Source: Betaproteobacteria bacterium (GTDB lineage Bacteria > Pseudomonadota > Gammaproteobacteria > Burkholderiales > SG8-41). From it: a stretch of 64,000 bases of DNA. The position numbers and the translations under genes were made by a program. Location: NCBI GenBank assembly GCA_028291945.1, contig JAQGNH010000392.1, positions 29,013 to 93,012 of the forward strand, in the 5' to 3' direction. Below are positions 1 through 14,017 of the stretch, one piece after another (the stretch's first letter is position 1; every line of letters begins with the position of its first letter). Below the pieces are notes generated by a model, which was not told where the DNA came from, ran no database searches, and was given only the letters and a program-made list of their open reading frames with translations.

Positions 1-226
1 CTTCCCCGCAGTCGATATCGAGCTCATGAACCTCGGCATGGACGCCCACCTCGGCGCAGGCCCGCACCTTGTTACGCACGTAGGCGAGCGAGGCCACATT
101 GTTTCCAACGAGTACCGTTGCGAGCCCCGGCCGGATACGCTTGCGCTCGAGCACAGCGACGCGTGGCTTGAGCTCGGACAAAACTTCACGCGCGATCGCC
201 GCGCCGTCGAGGACCAGAGCTGTCAT
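1..226 (-). CDS. folD: Bifunctional methylenetetrahydrofolate dehydrogenase/cyclohydrolase, N-terminal part (runs off window)
   Basis: Manual translation from ATG at 226: MTALVLDGAAIAREVLSELKPRVAVLERKRIRPGLATVLVGNNVASLAYVRNKVRACAEVG; matches FolD N-terminus (LDG..IA, PGLA.VLVG, YVRNK..AC). Confidence 0.88.
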   Translation of the reverse strand, partial: MTALVLDGAAIAREVLSELKPRVAVLERKRIRPGLATVLVGNNVASLAYVRNKVRACAEVGVHAEVHELDIDCGE

Positions 227-307
227 GCGAGATCAAATCGGGGAATTAGGAGATGCAACGCGCCGTAGCAATTGCGGGCGGAGTATTGCACAGGCACTGA
301 TGGCGTG

Positions 308-607
308 TCACCGAAGCTTTTTTGGGTTGCGTCCGCTGCCCTCGAGCACCTCGAAGAAAACTTCGTCCTGCTTGATCATGCCGAGCTCGCTCCGAGCGCG
401 CTCTTCTATGGCTTCGTAGCCGCGTTTCAGATCGCCCACATCGGCTTCGAGGGCGGCATTGCGCGTCTTGAGCCGTGTGTTGATCTCGCGCTGATCGTTG
501 ATCTGCTGATCGACCTCCCGTACGCGCAGCCAACCTCCCTTACCCAACCAGAGTGGATATTGGATCAACCCGACAAGCGCCAGGAGAAACACGGTGAGCC
601 ACTTCAT
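308..607 (-). CDS. ftsB: Cell division protein FtsB
   Basis: N-terminal TM, QYPLWLGKGG, coiled coil, EAIEERARSELGMIK; downstream of eno. Confidence 0.95.
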   Translation of the reverse strand: MKWLTVFLLALVGLIQYPLWLGKGGWLRVREVDQQINDQREINTRLKTRNAALEADVGDLKRGYEAIEERARSELGMIKQDEVFFEVLEGSGRNPKKLR

Positions 608-707
608 GGTGGCAATAACACGATAGGCGAGGTGCGAGAAAAACGCGAAAATTGGTCAGCTGTAGCTGCCGCGTTCGTAGCACCACTTTTCGCTCTGCTT
701 ACTCGTC

Positions 708-2003
<1,296 letters not shown>

Positions 2004-2888
2004 TTATTTTTTTTCCGACACCGGAGCCACCAGCATTTCAGCGAAGCCCGAACGCTTGACTGCGTCATCGAGCTGTTTCAGCGTCACCAGCAACTGCTTC
2101 ATGTGCTTGAGCGGCCAGGCATTGGGCCCGTCCGACAGCGCTTTTTCAGGATTCGGGTGAGTCTCCATGAACACGCCCGCCACTCCGGTGGCGACAGCCG
2201 CTCGCGCAAGCACCGGCACGAATTCGCGCTGGCCTCCGCTCGAGCTTCCTTGGCCACCCGGGAGCTGCACCGAATGCGTGGCATCGTAGACGACTGGACA
2301 GCCGGTCTCGCGCATGATGGCGAGCGAACGCATGTCGGACACGAGATTGTTGTAGCCGAACGAGGCGCCGCGCTCACACACCATGAGATGTTCGCCCGCC
2401 TGCGGATCGTTGGGCCGGCCCTGGCGCGCAGCATCGCGTGCCTTTTCAACCACGTTTTTCATGTCGCCGGGCGCGAGGAACTGCCCTTTCTTGATATTCA
2501 CGGGCTTGCCGGCGCTGGCGACCGCGCAAATGAAATCGGTCTGCCGGCACAGGAACGCCGGTGTCTGCAGCACATCGACTGCAGCAGCCGCATCTTCGAT
2601 CTCATCGATCGCATGCACGTCGGTGAGCACCGGCACGCCGAGTTTCTTGCGCACGTCCGCGAGGATCTCGAGGCCCTTATCCATGCCGAGACCGCGAAAC
2701 GATTTGATCGAGCTGCGATTCGCCTTGTCGTACGACGATTTATAGATGAAGGGGATGCCGAGGTCGGCGGCAATCTGCTTCAATTCACCCGCTGTGTCGA
2801 ATGCGAGATCGCGGGACTCGACGACACACGGACCCGCTATCAAAAAGAAGGGTCTGTCGAGTCCGACATCGAAGCCGCAGAGTTTCAT
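2004..2888 (-). CDS. kdsA: KDO 8-phosphate synthase
   Basis: [43 protein letters not shown]. Confidence 0.98.
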   Translation of the reverse strand: MKLCGFDVGLDRPFFLIAGPCVVESRDLAFDTAGELKQIAADLGIPFIYKSSYDKANRSSIKSFRGLGMDKGLEILADVRKKLGVPVLTDVHAIDEIEDAAAAVDVLQTPAFLCRQTDFICAVASAGKPVNIKKGQFLAPGDMKNVVEKARDAARQGRPNDPQAGEHLMVCERGASFGYNNLVSDMRSLAIMRETGCPVVYDATHSVQLPGGQGSSSGGQREFVPVLARAAVATGVAGVFMETHPNPEKALSDGPNAWPLKHMKQLLVTLKQLDDAVKRSGFAEMLVAPVSEKK

Positions 2889-2890
2889 GA

Positions 2891-4624
<1,734 letters not shown>

Positions 4625-4790
4625 TTAGGGAAAAAAGCTTCGCACCGCCTTTGAGCACGACGGCGCAACGCGCGCGAGAACGGGCGCGGATCTGTGCGCG
4701 TCGACAGGCTCGAGCGCGCCGTCCCACATGCGACAGCGGCAGCGCAAAGAGCCGCCAGAGAGAGTCTGAAGCGCGAAAGCTTACGCGCGA

Positions 4791-4973
4791 AGCAGCCTCG
4801 CACACTACGGTATCAAGCGGGCAGAGAAGCCTCACCCGCAACGGATCAAGGGCGGAGGAGCTTCGCGCGCAACGGCATCAGGGGCGTGGAGCGACCTCGC
4901 GCGCAACGGCATCAAGGGCGCGGAGAAGCTTCGCGCGCAACGGTATCAGGGCCGCGGAGAGCTTCGCGCGCAA
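4791..4973. repeat. ~34 bp tandem repeat (about 5.5 degenerate units) overlapping the ppsA 3' end
   Basis: Core ACGG(C/T)ATCA at 4807, 4841 (variant ACGGATCA), 4872, 4906, 4940; unit consensus GAGAAGCTTCGCGCGCAACGGCATCAAGGGCGCG. Confidence 0.85.
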
Positions 4974-7332
4974 GATATAGCCAGGTTTCGACCACCGAGT
5001 CGGGATTGAGCGACAAACTTTCGATGCCTTCGTCCATCAGCCATTTGGCGAGGTCAGGATGGTCGGAAGGTCCCTGACCGCAGATGCCCACGTACTTGCC
5101 GGCCTTGCGGCACGCCTGGATCGCGAGGTGCAGCATGTGTTTGACGGCGGGATCGCGCTCGTCGAACGCATCGGCAATGAGTCCGCCGGAATCCCTGTCG
5201 AGCGCAAGCGTCATCTGCGTCATGTCGTTGGAGCCGATGGAAAACCCGTCGAAGTGCTCGAGGAACTGCTCGGCAAGCACCGCATTCGCAGGGATTTCAC
5301 ACATCATGATGATGCGCAGTCCATTTTCGCCGCGCTTCAGGCCATGTTCCGCGAGTAGCTCGATCACTTTGCGCGCTTCAGCGATGGTGCGCACGAAAGG
5401 CACCATGATTTCGACGTTGGTGAGTCCCATCTCCTCGCGCACTTTCTTCATCGCCCGGCACTCGAGGGCGAAGCAATCGCGAAAAGAAGACGACACGTAG
5501 CGTGACGCGCCGCGAAAACCGAGCATCGGATTCTCTTCGTGAGGCTCGTACCGGGAACCGCCGGTGAGGCTGGAGTACTCGTTCGACTTGAAATCAGAGA
5601 GCCGCACTATCACAGGCTTGGGCCAGAACGCAGCACCCAGCGTGGCGACGCCCTCCGTGAGCTTCTCGACATAAAAGGTCACAGGATCCGCATAGCCCGC
5701 ACTGTGCTCCTCCACCGCGACCTTGAGGTCCGCCGACAGGTCAGGGTACGCGAGCACCGCTTTCGGATGCACACCGATCATGCGGGCGATGATGAATTCG
5801 AGCCGCGCGAGACCAACGCCTTCATTCGGAAGTCGTTGAAATTCGAATGCGAGCTCCGGATTACCCACATTCATCGTGATTTTGACCGGCGGCTTCGGCA
5901 TTTTCGCGAGCGACAGGTCGATCACCTCCGTTTCGAGCACCCCGCGGTAGACGAATCCCGTGTCTCCTTCGCAACATGAGACCGTGACCGACTTGCCATC
6001 CTTCAGCACGCGCGTCGCGTCACCACAACCGACCACCGCGGGAATGCCCAGCTCGCGCGCGATGATTGCGGCGTGGCAAGTACGACCTCCGCGGTTCGTA
6101 ACGATCGCGGCGGCGCGCTTCATGACCGGTTCCCAGTCCGGATCAGTCATGTCAGTGACGAGCACCTCGCCTTCGCGAACGCTGTCCATTTCCGCTGCGC
6201 TCTTCACCAGCCGAACAGGACCAGCACCGATGCGCTGCCCGATCGCGCGGCCCGTAGCGAGCACCTCAGAGCGTTGTTTGAGGCGATAGCGGCGCAGGGT
6301 GTCTACCCGTTCGCCTGCTTTGACTGTTTCAGGGCGCGCCTGCAGGACGTACAACTTACCGTCGACACCGTCCTTGCCCCACTCGATGTCCATGGGCCGG
6401 CCATAGTGTTTTTCGATCGTCATCGCATAGCGCGCGAGCTCTTCGACTTCCGTATCGGTGATGGAAAATCGGCCCCGCTCGTCTTCCGACACGCTCACCG
6501 TCTTCACTGAACGGCCGGCCTGCTGCTCATCACCGTACACCATCTTGACGGCTTTCGATCCCAGGCCCCGTCTGAGGATCGCTTTTTTGCCCTCCTTGAG
6601 CCCGCGCTTGTAGACGTAGAACTCATCGGGGTTCACCTGGCCTTGCACGATGGTCTCGCCCAGCCCATACGACGACGTGATCAGCACCACTTGATCGAAT
6701 CCCGACTCGGTATCCAGCGTAAACATCACGCCGCTCGATGCGAGATCGCTGCGTACCATCCTCTGCACAGCGGCCGAGAGCGCAACATCCGCGTGCGCGT
6801 AGCCCTGGTGCACGCGATACGAAATCGCGCGATCGTTGTAGAGCGATGCGTAAACGTGCCGGATCGCCTCCAGCAGGTTCTCCAAGCCGTGCACGTTGAG
6901 AAACGATTCCTGCTGCCCGGCGAAGGAAGCGTCCGGGAGATCTTCAGCGGTAGCAGATGAACGCACCGCGAACGAAGTGTCGGCATCGGAGTTTCGGGTG
7001 AGTGCCTTGTAGCTCGCACCAATTTGCTCTGTCAGCTCGGGCGGGAAAGGCTGCGCGATGATCCATTCCCGGATTTCCTTACCCGCGGTAGCGAGCGCCT
7101 TGATGTCTTCGGCATTCAGTTTGGCAAGGCGCTGCGAAATCCGCTCGGCGAGACGGTCTTTGGCCAGAAACAGCCGGTAGGCCTGCGCCGTTGTGGCAAA
7201 CCCACCCGGAACCCGCACGCCTGCGGCCCCAAGCTGACTTATCATTTCACCGAGCGAAGCGCTTTTGCCCCCGACGTTCGCAACGTCAGTCATGCGGACT
7301 TTTGACAGGTCGAGTACCAGAGACTCATTCAT
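4912..7332 (-). CDS. ppsA: Phosphoenolpyruvate synthase
   Basis: [44 protein letters not shown] phospho-His motif, FSIGSND; alternative start at 7356. Confidence 0.98.
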   Translation of the reverse strand: MNESLVLDLSKVRMTDVANVGGKSASLGEMISQLGAAGVRVPGGFATTAQAYRLFLAKDRLAERISQRLAKLNAEDIKALATAGKEIREWIIAQPFPPELTEQIGASYKALTRNSDADTSFAVRSSATAEDLPDASFAGQQESFLNVHGLENLLEAIRHVYASLYNDRAISYRVHQGYAHADVALSAAVQRMVRSDLASSGVMFTLDTESGFDQVVLITSSYGLGETIVQGQVNPDEFYVYKRGLKEGKKAILRRGLGSKAVKMVYGDEQQAGRSVKTVSVSEDERGRFSITDTEVEELARYAMTIEKHYGRPMDIEWGKDGVDGKLYVLQARPETVKAGERVDTLRRYRLKQRSEVLATGRAIGQRIGAGPVRLVKSAAEMDSVREGEVLVTDMTDPDWEPVMKRAAAIVTNRGGRTCHAAIIARELGIPAVVGCGDATRVLKDGKSVTVSCCEGDTGFVYRGVLETEVIDLSLAKMPKPPVKITMNVGNPELAFEFQRLPNEGVGLARLEFIIARMIGVHPKAVLAYPDLSADLKVAVEEHSAGYADPVTFYVEKLTEGVATLGAAFWPKPVIVRLSDFKSNEYSSLTGGSRYEPHEENPMLGFRGASRYVSSSFRDCFALECRAMKKVREEMGLTNVEIMVPFVRTIAEARKVIELLAEHGLKRGENGLRIIMMCEIPANAVLAEQFLEHFDGFSIGSNDMTQMTLALDRDSGGLIADAFDERDPAVKHMLHLAIQACRKAGKYVGICGQGPSDHPDLAKWLMDEGIESLSLNPDSVVETWLYLAREALRGPDTVAREASPRP

Positions 7333-7410
7333 GGATGTCACCGCGTGTTTGTGCATGTCGGGAAAACACGATATTTTACCGGAAGCCTCACTCTCCCCTC
7401 CTGACTATCT

Positions 7411-8238
7411 ATGGCCGCCCAGAAACGGATTGCGTTTTTCATTTCCGACCGCACCGGAATCACGGCCGAGATGCTGGGCCATAGCCTGCTCACGCAATTC
7501 GAGGGCGTCCGGTTCCAGGAGGTGACGCTGCCCTTCGTCGACACGGTGGAAAAGGCCCACGAAATCGTGCTGCGGATCAACGAGAGCGCGGCGACCGAAG
7601 GCGTGCGACCCATCGTCATCAGCACACTCGTCAATACCGAGATCGCGACGATCGTCGGGGCCGCCAACGCTCTTTTCCTCGACTGCTTTGAAATTTTCAT
7701 CTCACCGCTCGAAAAAGAGCTCGGCGAGCGCGCATCTCACGCGATCGGACGCAGTCACAGCGTCAACGACCTGGTGAACTACTATCACCGCATCGATGCG
7801 GTCAATTATGCGCTCGGCCATGACGACGGCGTTGCAACGCGTGACCTCGCCGATGCCGACATCATCCTCGTCGGCGTGTCGCGCTCGGGCAAGACGCCCA
7901 CATGCCTCTACATGGCGATGCAGTTCGGCATACGCGCCGCCAATTACCCGCTCATCCCCGAGGACTTCAGCAGTATGCAACTACCGGGCCAACTGCGTCC
8001 TCTGCGCGGCCGATTGCGTGGTCTGACAATCAAGCCCGAGCGGCTGCAGCAGATCCGCAATGAGCGGCGTCCCGGCAGTAAATACGCGACGCTCGCCAAT
8101 TGCGAATTCGAAGTGCGCGAAGCGGAAGCCCTCATGCGACAGGAGGGCATTCCCTATCTCGATGCCACGAGCAAGTCGGTGGAGGAGCTTGCGACGACCA
8201 TACTGCACGAGGCGAAGCTGCTGAGGCGGATCTACTGA
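7411..8238 (+). CDS. ppsR: PEP synthase regulatory protein (kinase/pyrophosphorylase, DUF299)
   Basis: [28 protein letters not shown]; divergent from ppsA. Confidence 0.96.
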   Translation: MAAQKRIAFFISDRTGITAEMLGHSLLTQFEGVRFQEVTLPFVDTVEKAHEIVLRINESAATEGVRPIVISTLVNTEIATIVGAANALFLDCFEIFISPLEKELGERASHAIGRSHSVNDLVNYYHRIDAVNYALGHDDGVATRDLADADIILVGVSRSGKTPTCLYMAMQFGIRAANYPLIPEDFSSMQLPGQLRPLRGRLRGLTIKPERLQQIRNERRPGSKYATLANCEFEVREAEALMRQEGIPYLDATSKSVEELATTILHEAKLLRRIY

Positions 8239-8394
8239 CAAACCCGTGCGCCGCGAAGCGTGAACCGTGAGTCGTGAACTGTGACGAATCTCATTCTGGC
8301 CGACCCTAAACGATAAGCAGTCAGATCTTGCGCCTCGTGACGCGCTCAGCGGGGTGAAACGCGATGCGCCAGACAAAGCGAGTAACCATACGGC

Positions 8395-9201
8395 TCACGG
8401 CTCACGGCTCACCGCTTGTTGCCTCACCCTCTCGAACAAGCACACCGCCGCTGCGGCAGCTACGTTCAGCGACTCGGCGTGACCCGGCATCGGTATGGAA
8501 ATACTTGCATGTGCCGCATCGCGCAGGGATGCAGAGAGCCCGCTGCCCTCATTCCCAAAGAGAAGCGCTACACGCCCGCTCAGGTCGGCTGAATAAAATG
8601 CGGTCGCGCTGTCACTCGCGACCGCCAGCACGCGGCCCGGATAGTCACGAGCGAGCGCCTCCAGATCTACACCTTCGTGGATGCGCAGACTGAAATGGGC
8701 GCCCATCGCTGCCCGCAGCACGCGCGGTGACCACGCTTGAACGCAGCTCGTGGACAAATACACCTCTTTGATCCCGGCGGCGGCGGCCGACCTGAAGATC
8801 GAGCCCACGTTGCCGGGATCCTGCACGTCCTCCAGCAACACGCACGCGTCAGGTTGCGCCGGCAATGCAGACGGCTGGGGCGTTCTCACCGCCGCGATGA
8901 TGCCGGTCGGCGTAGACACTGACGACAATTGCCGAAACAGCGCGTCACTGAAGATCAACGGCGCGGGCACAGTGGAGGACCCGAGTAACGCGGCAATCTC
9001 GACGTCATCAAGATGAGACCGGCTGATGGCGACATATTCAGGCGCTCCGACATGCTCCAGATACGCAGCGACGAGATGTACTCCGTCGAGCAGCGACAAT
9101 CCGGCTTTGCGCCGCTCGCGCGAAGACTGGTGCAGTTTGAGCAAGGTGCGGAACCGCGGGTTTTCGGCCGATGTGATCTGCAGGGGCGAGGCTCGGGTCA
9201 T
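8395..9201 (-). CDS. TrmH/SpoU-family RNA 2'-O-methyltransferase
   Basis: ITSAENP, QDPGNVGSIFRSA, FGNEGSG, ESLNVAAA SPOUT motifs. Confidence 0.93.
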   Translation of the reverse strand: MTRASPLQITSAENPRFRTLLKLHQSSRERRKAGLSLLDGVHLVAAYLEHVGAPEYVAISRSHLDDVEIAALLGSSTVPAPLIFSDALFRQLSSVSTPTGIIAAVRTPQPSALPAQPDACVLLEDVQDPGNVGSIFRSAAAAGIKEVYLSTSCVQAWSPRVLRAAMGAHFSLRIHEGVDLEALARDYPGRVLAVASDSATAFYSADLSGRVALLFGNEGSGLSASLRDAAHASISIPMPGHAESLNVAAAAAVCLFERVRQQAVSREP

Positions 9202-10487
9202 GCGCAGGTACGAAAACCGGCAAACACGTCGCGGCGATCAGGCGTATAGAAGTTGCGCCAGGTGTTGCGGATCAGGTCGGCGCGCGTCGCAAAGCATCCA
9301 CCGCGAAGCACTTTGTGATCGCCAAACCACGGCTGCGAGTATTCCTTGTAGGCATCGACCACGAATCCAGGATAGGGCTCGAACGCGTCAGCGGTCCACT
9401 CCCAGACATTACCGATCATTTGCCGGCATCCCCACGCGCTCTCCCCCTGCGCATAACCCGCAACATCGACCGCGTGGTCCGAACTGCCATAAAGATTGGC
9501 GCGTTGCGCATCAGGCTCTTGATTGCCCCACGGATAGCGCCGCTTGCGAGAGAGATCAGCCGGCTCGCTGGCTGCCGCGAATTCCCATTCTGCTTCTGAC
9601 GGTAACCGTCGGCGCGCCCATCGGCAATATGCGTCCGCTTCATACCAATTGACGTGGATCACCGCCGCATCCGCCACGATGGGCAACCACCTATCATAAA
9701 CACGCGCACACCATGCGTTTCCGGCTTTGCGCCAATAAGCCGGATGCGATGCGTTTGCGGACGCACACCATGCCCATCCGTCGCCAGACCATAGCTCAGG
9801 TCGCGAGTAACCTGCGTCTTCAACGAACGACACGAACTCAGCGTTTGTCACGCATGCCCGCGCGATGCTGAAAGGGGCGACCGTCACTTGATGCGCCCAT
9901 TTCTCGTTGTCGAATACGAAACCATCGTCCGGTCTCGCGCCGAGCATGAAGATGCCTCCAGCGATGTCGGCGTCACCCTGGGGCACGCTATGCTTGTCGC
10001 GGAGTGAACTCGCGCCAGAACCGCATGGCGCACTGTAGCCCAGCGTTTGCCGCGTGTAGGTGAACGCTTCGCAATGCATTTCTTCGTGCAAGGCAGCAAG
10101 CTGTGCGAAGTACGACCACGCGCCGGCCGGCTTCGCCGCCAGTTTGTCGAGCACGCGCTGCAGCACTTCATGCAGGTATTCCAGCGTCCTTTCGAGCCCA
10201 GGCAACGGAAGATGCCATCGCCTGTCGTGCGGCACCGAAGACGAATCGTACAGGCCATCAGCGTCATGGCGGACGGAAGGAAGAAGCTCAGGCTCTCCTT
10301 CGCGATGACGCAGGCACCAGCGCTCCTGAAACCACGCGAGGTGGCCGATCTCCCACAGCGGCGGATTTACGATCTTCAATCGCGGACCGAGCAGCTGCGA
10401 GCCTGTCAGGTCCAACGTGAGGCTCAGCGTGCGTGCGCGCGCATCGAGCAGCTGCTGCTGAAGGACTTCGGTGTCGACGTGGATCAT
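9198..10487 (-). CDS. senA: Selenoneine synthase SenA (EgtB-like, DinB + FGE-sulfatase domains)
   Basis: NPPLWEIGHLAWFQERWCLR, YDSSSVPH, HEEMHCEA metal motif, RLPSEAEWE, GNVWEW, RNFYTPDRRDVFAGFRTC; adjacent to senB. Confidence 0.85.
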   Translation of the reverse strand: MIHVDTEVLQQQLLDARARTLSLTLDLTGSQLLGPRLKIVNPPLWEIGHLAWFQERWCLRHREGEPELLPSVRHDADGLYDSSSVPHDRRWHLPLPGLERTLEYLHEVLQRVLDKLAAKPAGAWSYFAQLAALHEEMHCEAFTYTRQTLGYSAPCGSGASSLRDKHSVPQGDADIAGGIFMLGARPDDGFVFDNEKWAHQVTVAPFSIARACVTNAEFVSFVEDAGYSRPELWSGDGWAWCASANASHPAYWRKAGNAWCARVYDRWLPIVADAAVIHVNWYEADAYCRWARRRLPSEAEWEFAAASEPADLSRKRRYPWGNQEPDAQRANLYGSSDHAVDVAGYAQGESAWGCRQMIGNVWEWTADAFEPYPGFVVDAYKEYSQPWFGDHKVLRGGCFATRADLIRNTWRNFYTPDRRDVFAGFRTCA

Positions 10488-10542
10488 GCGCGCAGGCGTT
10501 TGCTGTAGTATCCCGCGTTAGTTTAGCTTGCGCCGTCAGCGC

Positions 10543-11556
10543 ATGAGAATTTCGATCATCACACCCGCAGCCGCCCGCGTGCGCAATGGCAATCGCAACA
10601 CCGCAGCACGCTGGGCGGGTTTTCTGCGAGACCTGGGGCACCGCGTGACAGTCGAACAGGACTGGAGTGGCCGGCCTGCAGATCTCATGATCGCTTTGCA
10701 TGCCCGCCGCAGCTTCGACTCAATCGCACGCTATGCTGACGTGTGTCCCGGCCGACCGCTGATCGTCGTTCTTACTGGTACCGACGTGTATCGCGATATC
10801 CGCAGTGACGCCGATGCGAAACGTGCTCTCCAGCTCGCGACGCGCCTTGTCGTTCTGCAGGAAATGGCGGTCAAGGAGCTCACTCCGGCGCTGCGCAGAA
10901 AAGTGCGTGTGATCTACCAATCGTCGCGAACAATCGCGCGGCCGCCTGCCCTGACCTCGTGTTTCGAAGTGATCGTGAGCGGACACTTGCGCGAGGAAAA
11001 AGACCCCTTCAGGACAGCAGCCGCTCTGGAGTATCTGCCTGGCAGCAGCCGCATACGTGTTACGCACATCGGCCGTGCGCTCGCTGCCGATGCTGCAGCA
11101 GAGGCACGCGCCTGGATGGAGCGGGAGCCACGCTATCGGTGGGTCAGCGAAGTCCCGCACTGGCGTGCGATGCGCCTGTTGGGCCGCGCCCGCCTCATGG
11201 TCATCAGCTCGCGCATGGAGGGTGGCGCGAACGTCGTGTCCGAAGCGCTGCGCCTCGGCGTGCCCATCGTCGCGTCGAAGGTTTCAGGCAACATCGGCAT
11301 GCTCGGAGTACCCTATGCGGGCTACTATCCTGTGGGAAACGAACGCGCGCTCGCGCGCATCTTGTCCCGCGCCGAGCGCGATCATGACTACTACCGCCTT
11401 CTGAACAATGCTTGCGCAGCGCGGGCACCGCTGGTAGCGCCGAAGCGCGAGCGTGACGCGCTGCGCGCGCTTATCTCGGAATGGACGTCGGGCGACCGCG
11501 TCGAGACTCGCGGCACGCGCCACTTGCCACTCGCGAAGAGCGCGTTGTTTCGCTGA
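10543..11556 (+). CDS. senB: Selenosugar synthase SenB (GT-B glycosyltransferase)
   Basis: GNRNTAARW, ALHARRS, VLTGTDVY, GHLREEKDP, SRMEGGANV, characteristic of the SenB family. Confidence 0.87.
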   Translation: MRISIITPAAARVRNGNRNTAARWAGFLRDLGHRVTVEQDWSGRPADLMIALHARRSFDSIARYADVCPGRPLIVVLTGTDVYRDIRSDADAKRALQLATRLVVLQEMAVKELTPALRRKVRVIYQSSRTIARPPALTSCFEVIVSGHLREEKDPFRTAAALEYLPGSSRIRVTHIGRALAADAAAEARAWMEREPRYRWVSEVPHWRAMRLLGRARLMVISSRMEGGANVVSEALRLGVPIVASKVSGNIGMLGVPYAGYYPVGNERALARILSRAERDHDYYRLLNNACAARAPLVAPKRERDALRALISEWTSGDRVETRGTRHLPLAKSALFR

Positions 11557-11562
11557 CAGCGC

Positions 11563-12732
11563 TCACACCGGCACACGCGAGAGCAGCGGCATCAGTGCGG
11601 CAGCGGCTTTCTCAGCGGTATTCTGACGCAAATCGTGGCGCATCGATTCGAAATGGGTGTCGAGCCGCGCCCGCGCGTCCTTGTCGTAAAGAAGCGTCTT
11701 GACGGCTTCGGCGAGCGTCTCCGGAGTTGCTGCATCCTGCAGGAGTTCTGGGACCACTGACTCTCCCGCCAGGATATTCGGCATGCCGACGAAAGAAAGA
11801 TACGCACGCTTTCGCAGCATCCACCAAGACAGCCGATTCATCTTGTACGTGATCACCATCGGACGCTTCAGCAGTGCGGCTTCGAGGGACGCCGTTCCTG
11901 ATGCAACGAGCACCACATCGGCTGCGGCCATCGCCTCGAGTGAATGTCCGATGACCATCGTGAGATTCAGATTCTCCGGTTCGACCCGGTACAGCGCCGC
12001 TTCGAACAAAGCCTTCGTATCGCGGCTGGCAAAAGGTACGAGGAAACGGATATTCTCGATCTGCTCGTTCAGTTTGACTGCGGTGCGCACGAAAAGCTCC
12101 GCCATATTCTCGAGCTCGCTTACCCGACTTCCGGGCAGCATGGCAACGACCGGCACGCCGATCGGCACTCTCAATTCTTCCCGCACCAGTTCCGGCGGCG
12201 GCAGATCCGCGAGCAGATCCGCGAGAGGATGCCCTACGTAGCACACGGGCACTCCCGCGCCTTCGTACAGCCGGGTCTCGAATGGAAACAGCGTCAGTAG
12301 CGCCGAGACGGCCTGTTTTACTTTCTGGATCCGTTCGCGGCGCCACGCCCATACGGCGGGCGCCACGTACTGAACCGTGGGAATTCCCGCCTTCCTCAGG
12401 TCGATCTCGAGGTCGAGGTTGAAATCAGGCGCATCGACGCCGATGAAAAGCGCCGGCGGGTTTCGAAGAAAATATCTGCGCAGCCGGCGGCGGATGCCGA
12501 CGATTTCCCAGTAATGCCTGATCACTTCGACATAGCCGCGCACCGCGAGCTTTTCCATCGGAAAAAGTATTTCGGCGCCCGCCGCTTCCATTTTCGGACC
12601 GCCGATGCCGACGAAATGCAATCGTGGATTGCGCGCGAGAAGGGATCGCATGAGATGTGCACCGAGCTGGTCGCCCGAGGCTTCGCCCGCGACAATACCG
12701 ATCACATACGCGCGATCGGTGGACTTAGGCAT
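11563..12732 (-). CDS. lpxB: Lipid-A-disaccharide synthase
   Basis: AGEASGDQLG, DAPDFN, VWAWR, VGHPL, LPGSR, SGTASLE. Confidence 0.98.
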   Translation of the reverse strand: MPKSTDRAYVIGIVAGEASGDQLGAHLMRSLLARNPRLHFVGIGGPKMEAAGAEILFPMEKLAVRGYVEVIRHYWEIVGIRRRLRRYFLRNPPALFIGVDAPDFNLDLEIDLRKAGIPTVQYVAPAVWAWRRERIQKVKQAVSALLTLFPFETRLYEGAGVPVCYVGHPLADLLADLPPPELVREELRVPIGVPVVAMLPGSRVSELENMAELFVRTAVKLNEQIENIRFLVPFASRDTKALFEAALYRVEPENLNLTMVIGHSLEAMAAADVVLVASGTASLEAALLKRPMVITYKMNRLSWWMLRKRAYLSFVGMPNILAGESVVPELLQDAATPETLAEAVKTLLYDKDARARLDTHFESMRHDLRQNTAEKAAAALMPLLSRVPV

Positions 12733-12747
12733 TTCGACGATATCCGT

Positions 12748-13566
12748 TCAGCGAATGATGCCGCGACTCGGCGCGGCAACGAAATCGAGCAAGGGTTGCA
12801 CCTCAGGACACTCTTGCGCCTGTTGCGCGAGCTCGCGCTGTGCTTCCTCGAGTCCGAGACTCGAACGGTACAGTGTCCTGTAGGCGCGCTTGAGCCCGGC
12901 GATGGCTTGGGCGGAAAAGCCGCGGCGGCGCAGTCCTTCCGCATTGATGCCGTAGGGTCGCGATGGATTTCCTGATACTTTTATGTAAGGCGGCACGTCC
13001 TGCAGCAGGATCGTGCCCATACCCGATATGCTGTGCTTACCGATGCGTACGAACTGATGCACGACCGTGAAGCCGCCCAGGATCGCGTCATCGTCTACGC
13101 GCACATGCCCGGCAAGCTGCGCATTGTTCGCGAAGACGGTGCGGCTTCCGATCTGGCAATCGTGGGCGATATGAACGTAAGCCATGATCCAGTTGTCGTC
13201 ACCGATGCGCGTGACGCCAGCGTCCTGCGCCGTTCCACGGTTCAAAGTACAGAACTCACGTATGGTGTTGTTATCGCCGATCTCGAGTCGTGTCGGCTCG
13301 CCGCCATACTTCTTGTCCTGCGGCGCGTCTCCCAGCGACACGAACTGGGAGACCGTGTTGTTCTTTCCAAGGCGCGTGTGACCAGTGATCACCGTATGCG
13401 GGCCGATACGGCTGCCCGACCCAATTTCGACATGGGGTCCGAGGACGGTATAAGGACCGACTTCCACGTCAGCGGCGATCAACGCGGCGGGATCGACAAT
13501 CGCCGTCGGGTGAATAGCATCACGCCTCGAAGCGCTTTTCGCGCGCGTCGCGCGTTCAGCGCCCAT
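12748..13566 (-). CDS. lpxA: UDP-N-acetylglucosamine acyltransferase
   Basis: IHPTAIV, hexapeptide repeats, PQDKKY, HIAHDC, LAGHV. Confidence 0.98.
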   Translation of the reverse strand: MGAERATRAKSASRRDAIHPTAIVDPAALIAADVEVGPYTVLGPHVEIGSGSRIGPHTVITGHTRLGKNNTVSQFVSLGDAPQDKKYGGEPTRLEIGDNNTIREFCTLNRGTAQDAGVTRIGDDNWIMAYVHIAHDCQIGSRTVFANNAQLAGHVRVDDDAILGGFTVVHQFVRIGKHSISGMGTILLQDVPPYIKVSGNPSRPYGINAEGLRRRGFSAQAIAGLKRAYRTLYRSSLGLEEAQRELAQQAQECPEVQPLLDFVAAPSRGIIR

Positions 13567-14017
13567 GCTCGTTATTCAGTTCGCGTATCGTGCATAGCAG
13601 ATCAGCTTCGGCCACGGTCGAATCCTCGACGCGCGCGATGCCATGGAATTTCCACAGTCCGCGCATGTGCCGCACCAGCGAAACATCCAGGTGCAAAGCG
13701 TCCCCGGCCGTGACCGGCTTTTTGAAGCGCGCATTGTCGATGCCGACGAAGTAGTACACCATGTTCTCGTCCGCTTTATGTCCTTCCGTCGAGAACGTCA
13801 GTATTGCGGCGGCCTGTGCCATCGCTTCGATGATCAGCACTCCGGGCATTACCGGGTGATGCGGGAAGTGCCCCCCAAAAAACGGTTCATTGATCGTCAC
13901 GTTCTTCAGCGCGACCACATTCTTGCCCGGATCGCACGACAGCACACGATCGATCATCAGGAATGGATACCGGTGCGGCAGATACTCGAGGACACGATGT
14001 ATGTCCATGCTGTTCAA
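13556..14017 (-). CDS. fabZ: 3-hydroxyacyl-ACP dehydratase
   Basis: [34 protein letters not shown]. Confidence 0.98.
   Translation of the reverse strand: MNSMDIHRVLEYLPHRYPFLMIDRVLSCDPGKNVVALKNVTINEPFFGGHFPHHPVMPGVLIIEAMAQAAAILTFSTEGHKADENMVYYFVGIDNARFKKPVTAGDALHLDVSLVRHMRGLWKFHGIARVEDSTVAEADLLCTIRELNNEHGR

Noticed and set aside
2380-2440. Insertion [13 protein letters not shown] in KdsA
   Set aside because: A variable insertion at this position is common in betaproteobacterial KdsA.
4791-4973. Possible CRISPR array (34-bp periodicity)
   Set aside because: Units are contiguous with no unique spacers, and there are no cas genes in the window.
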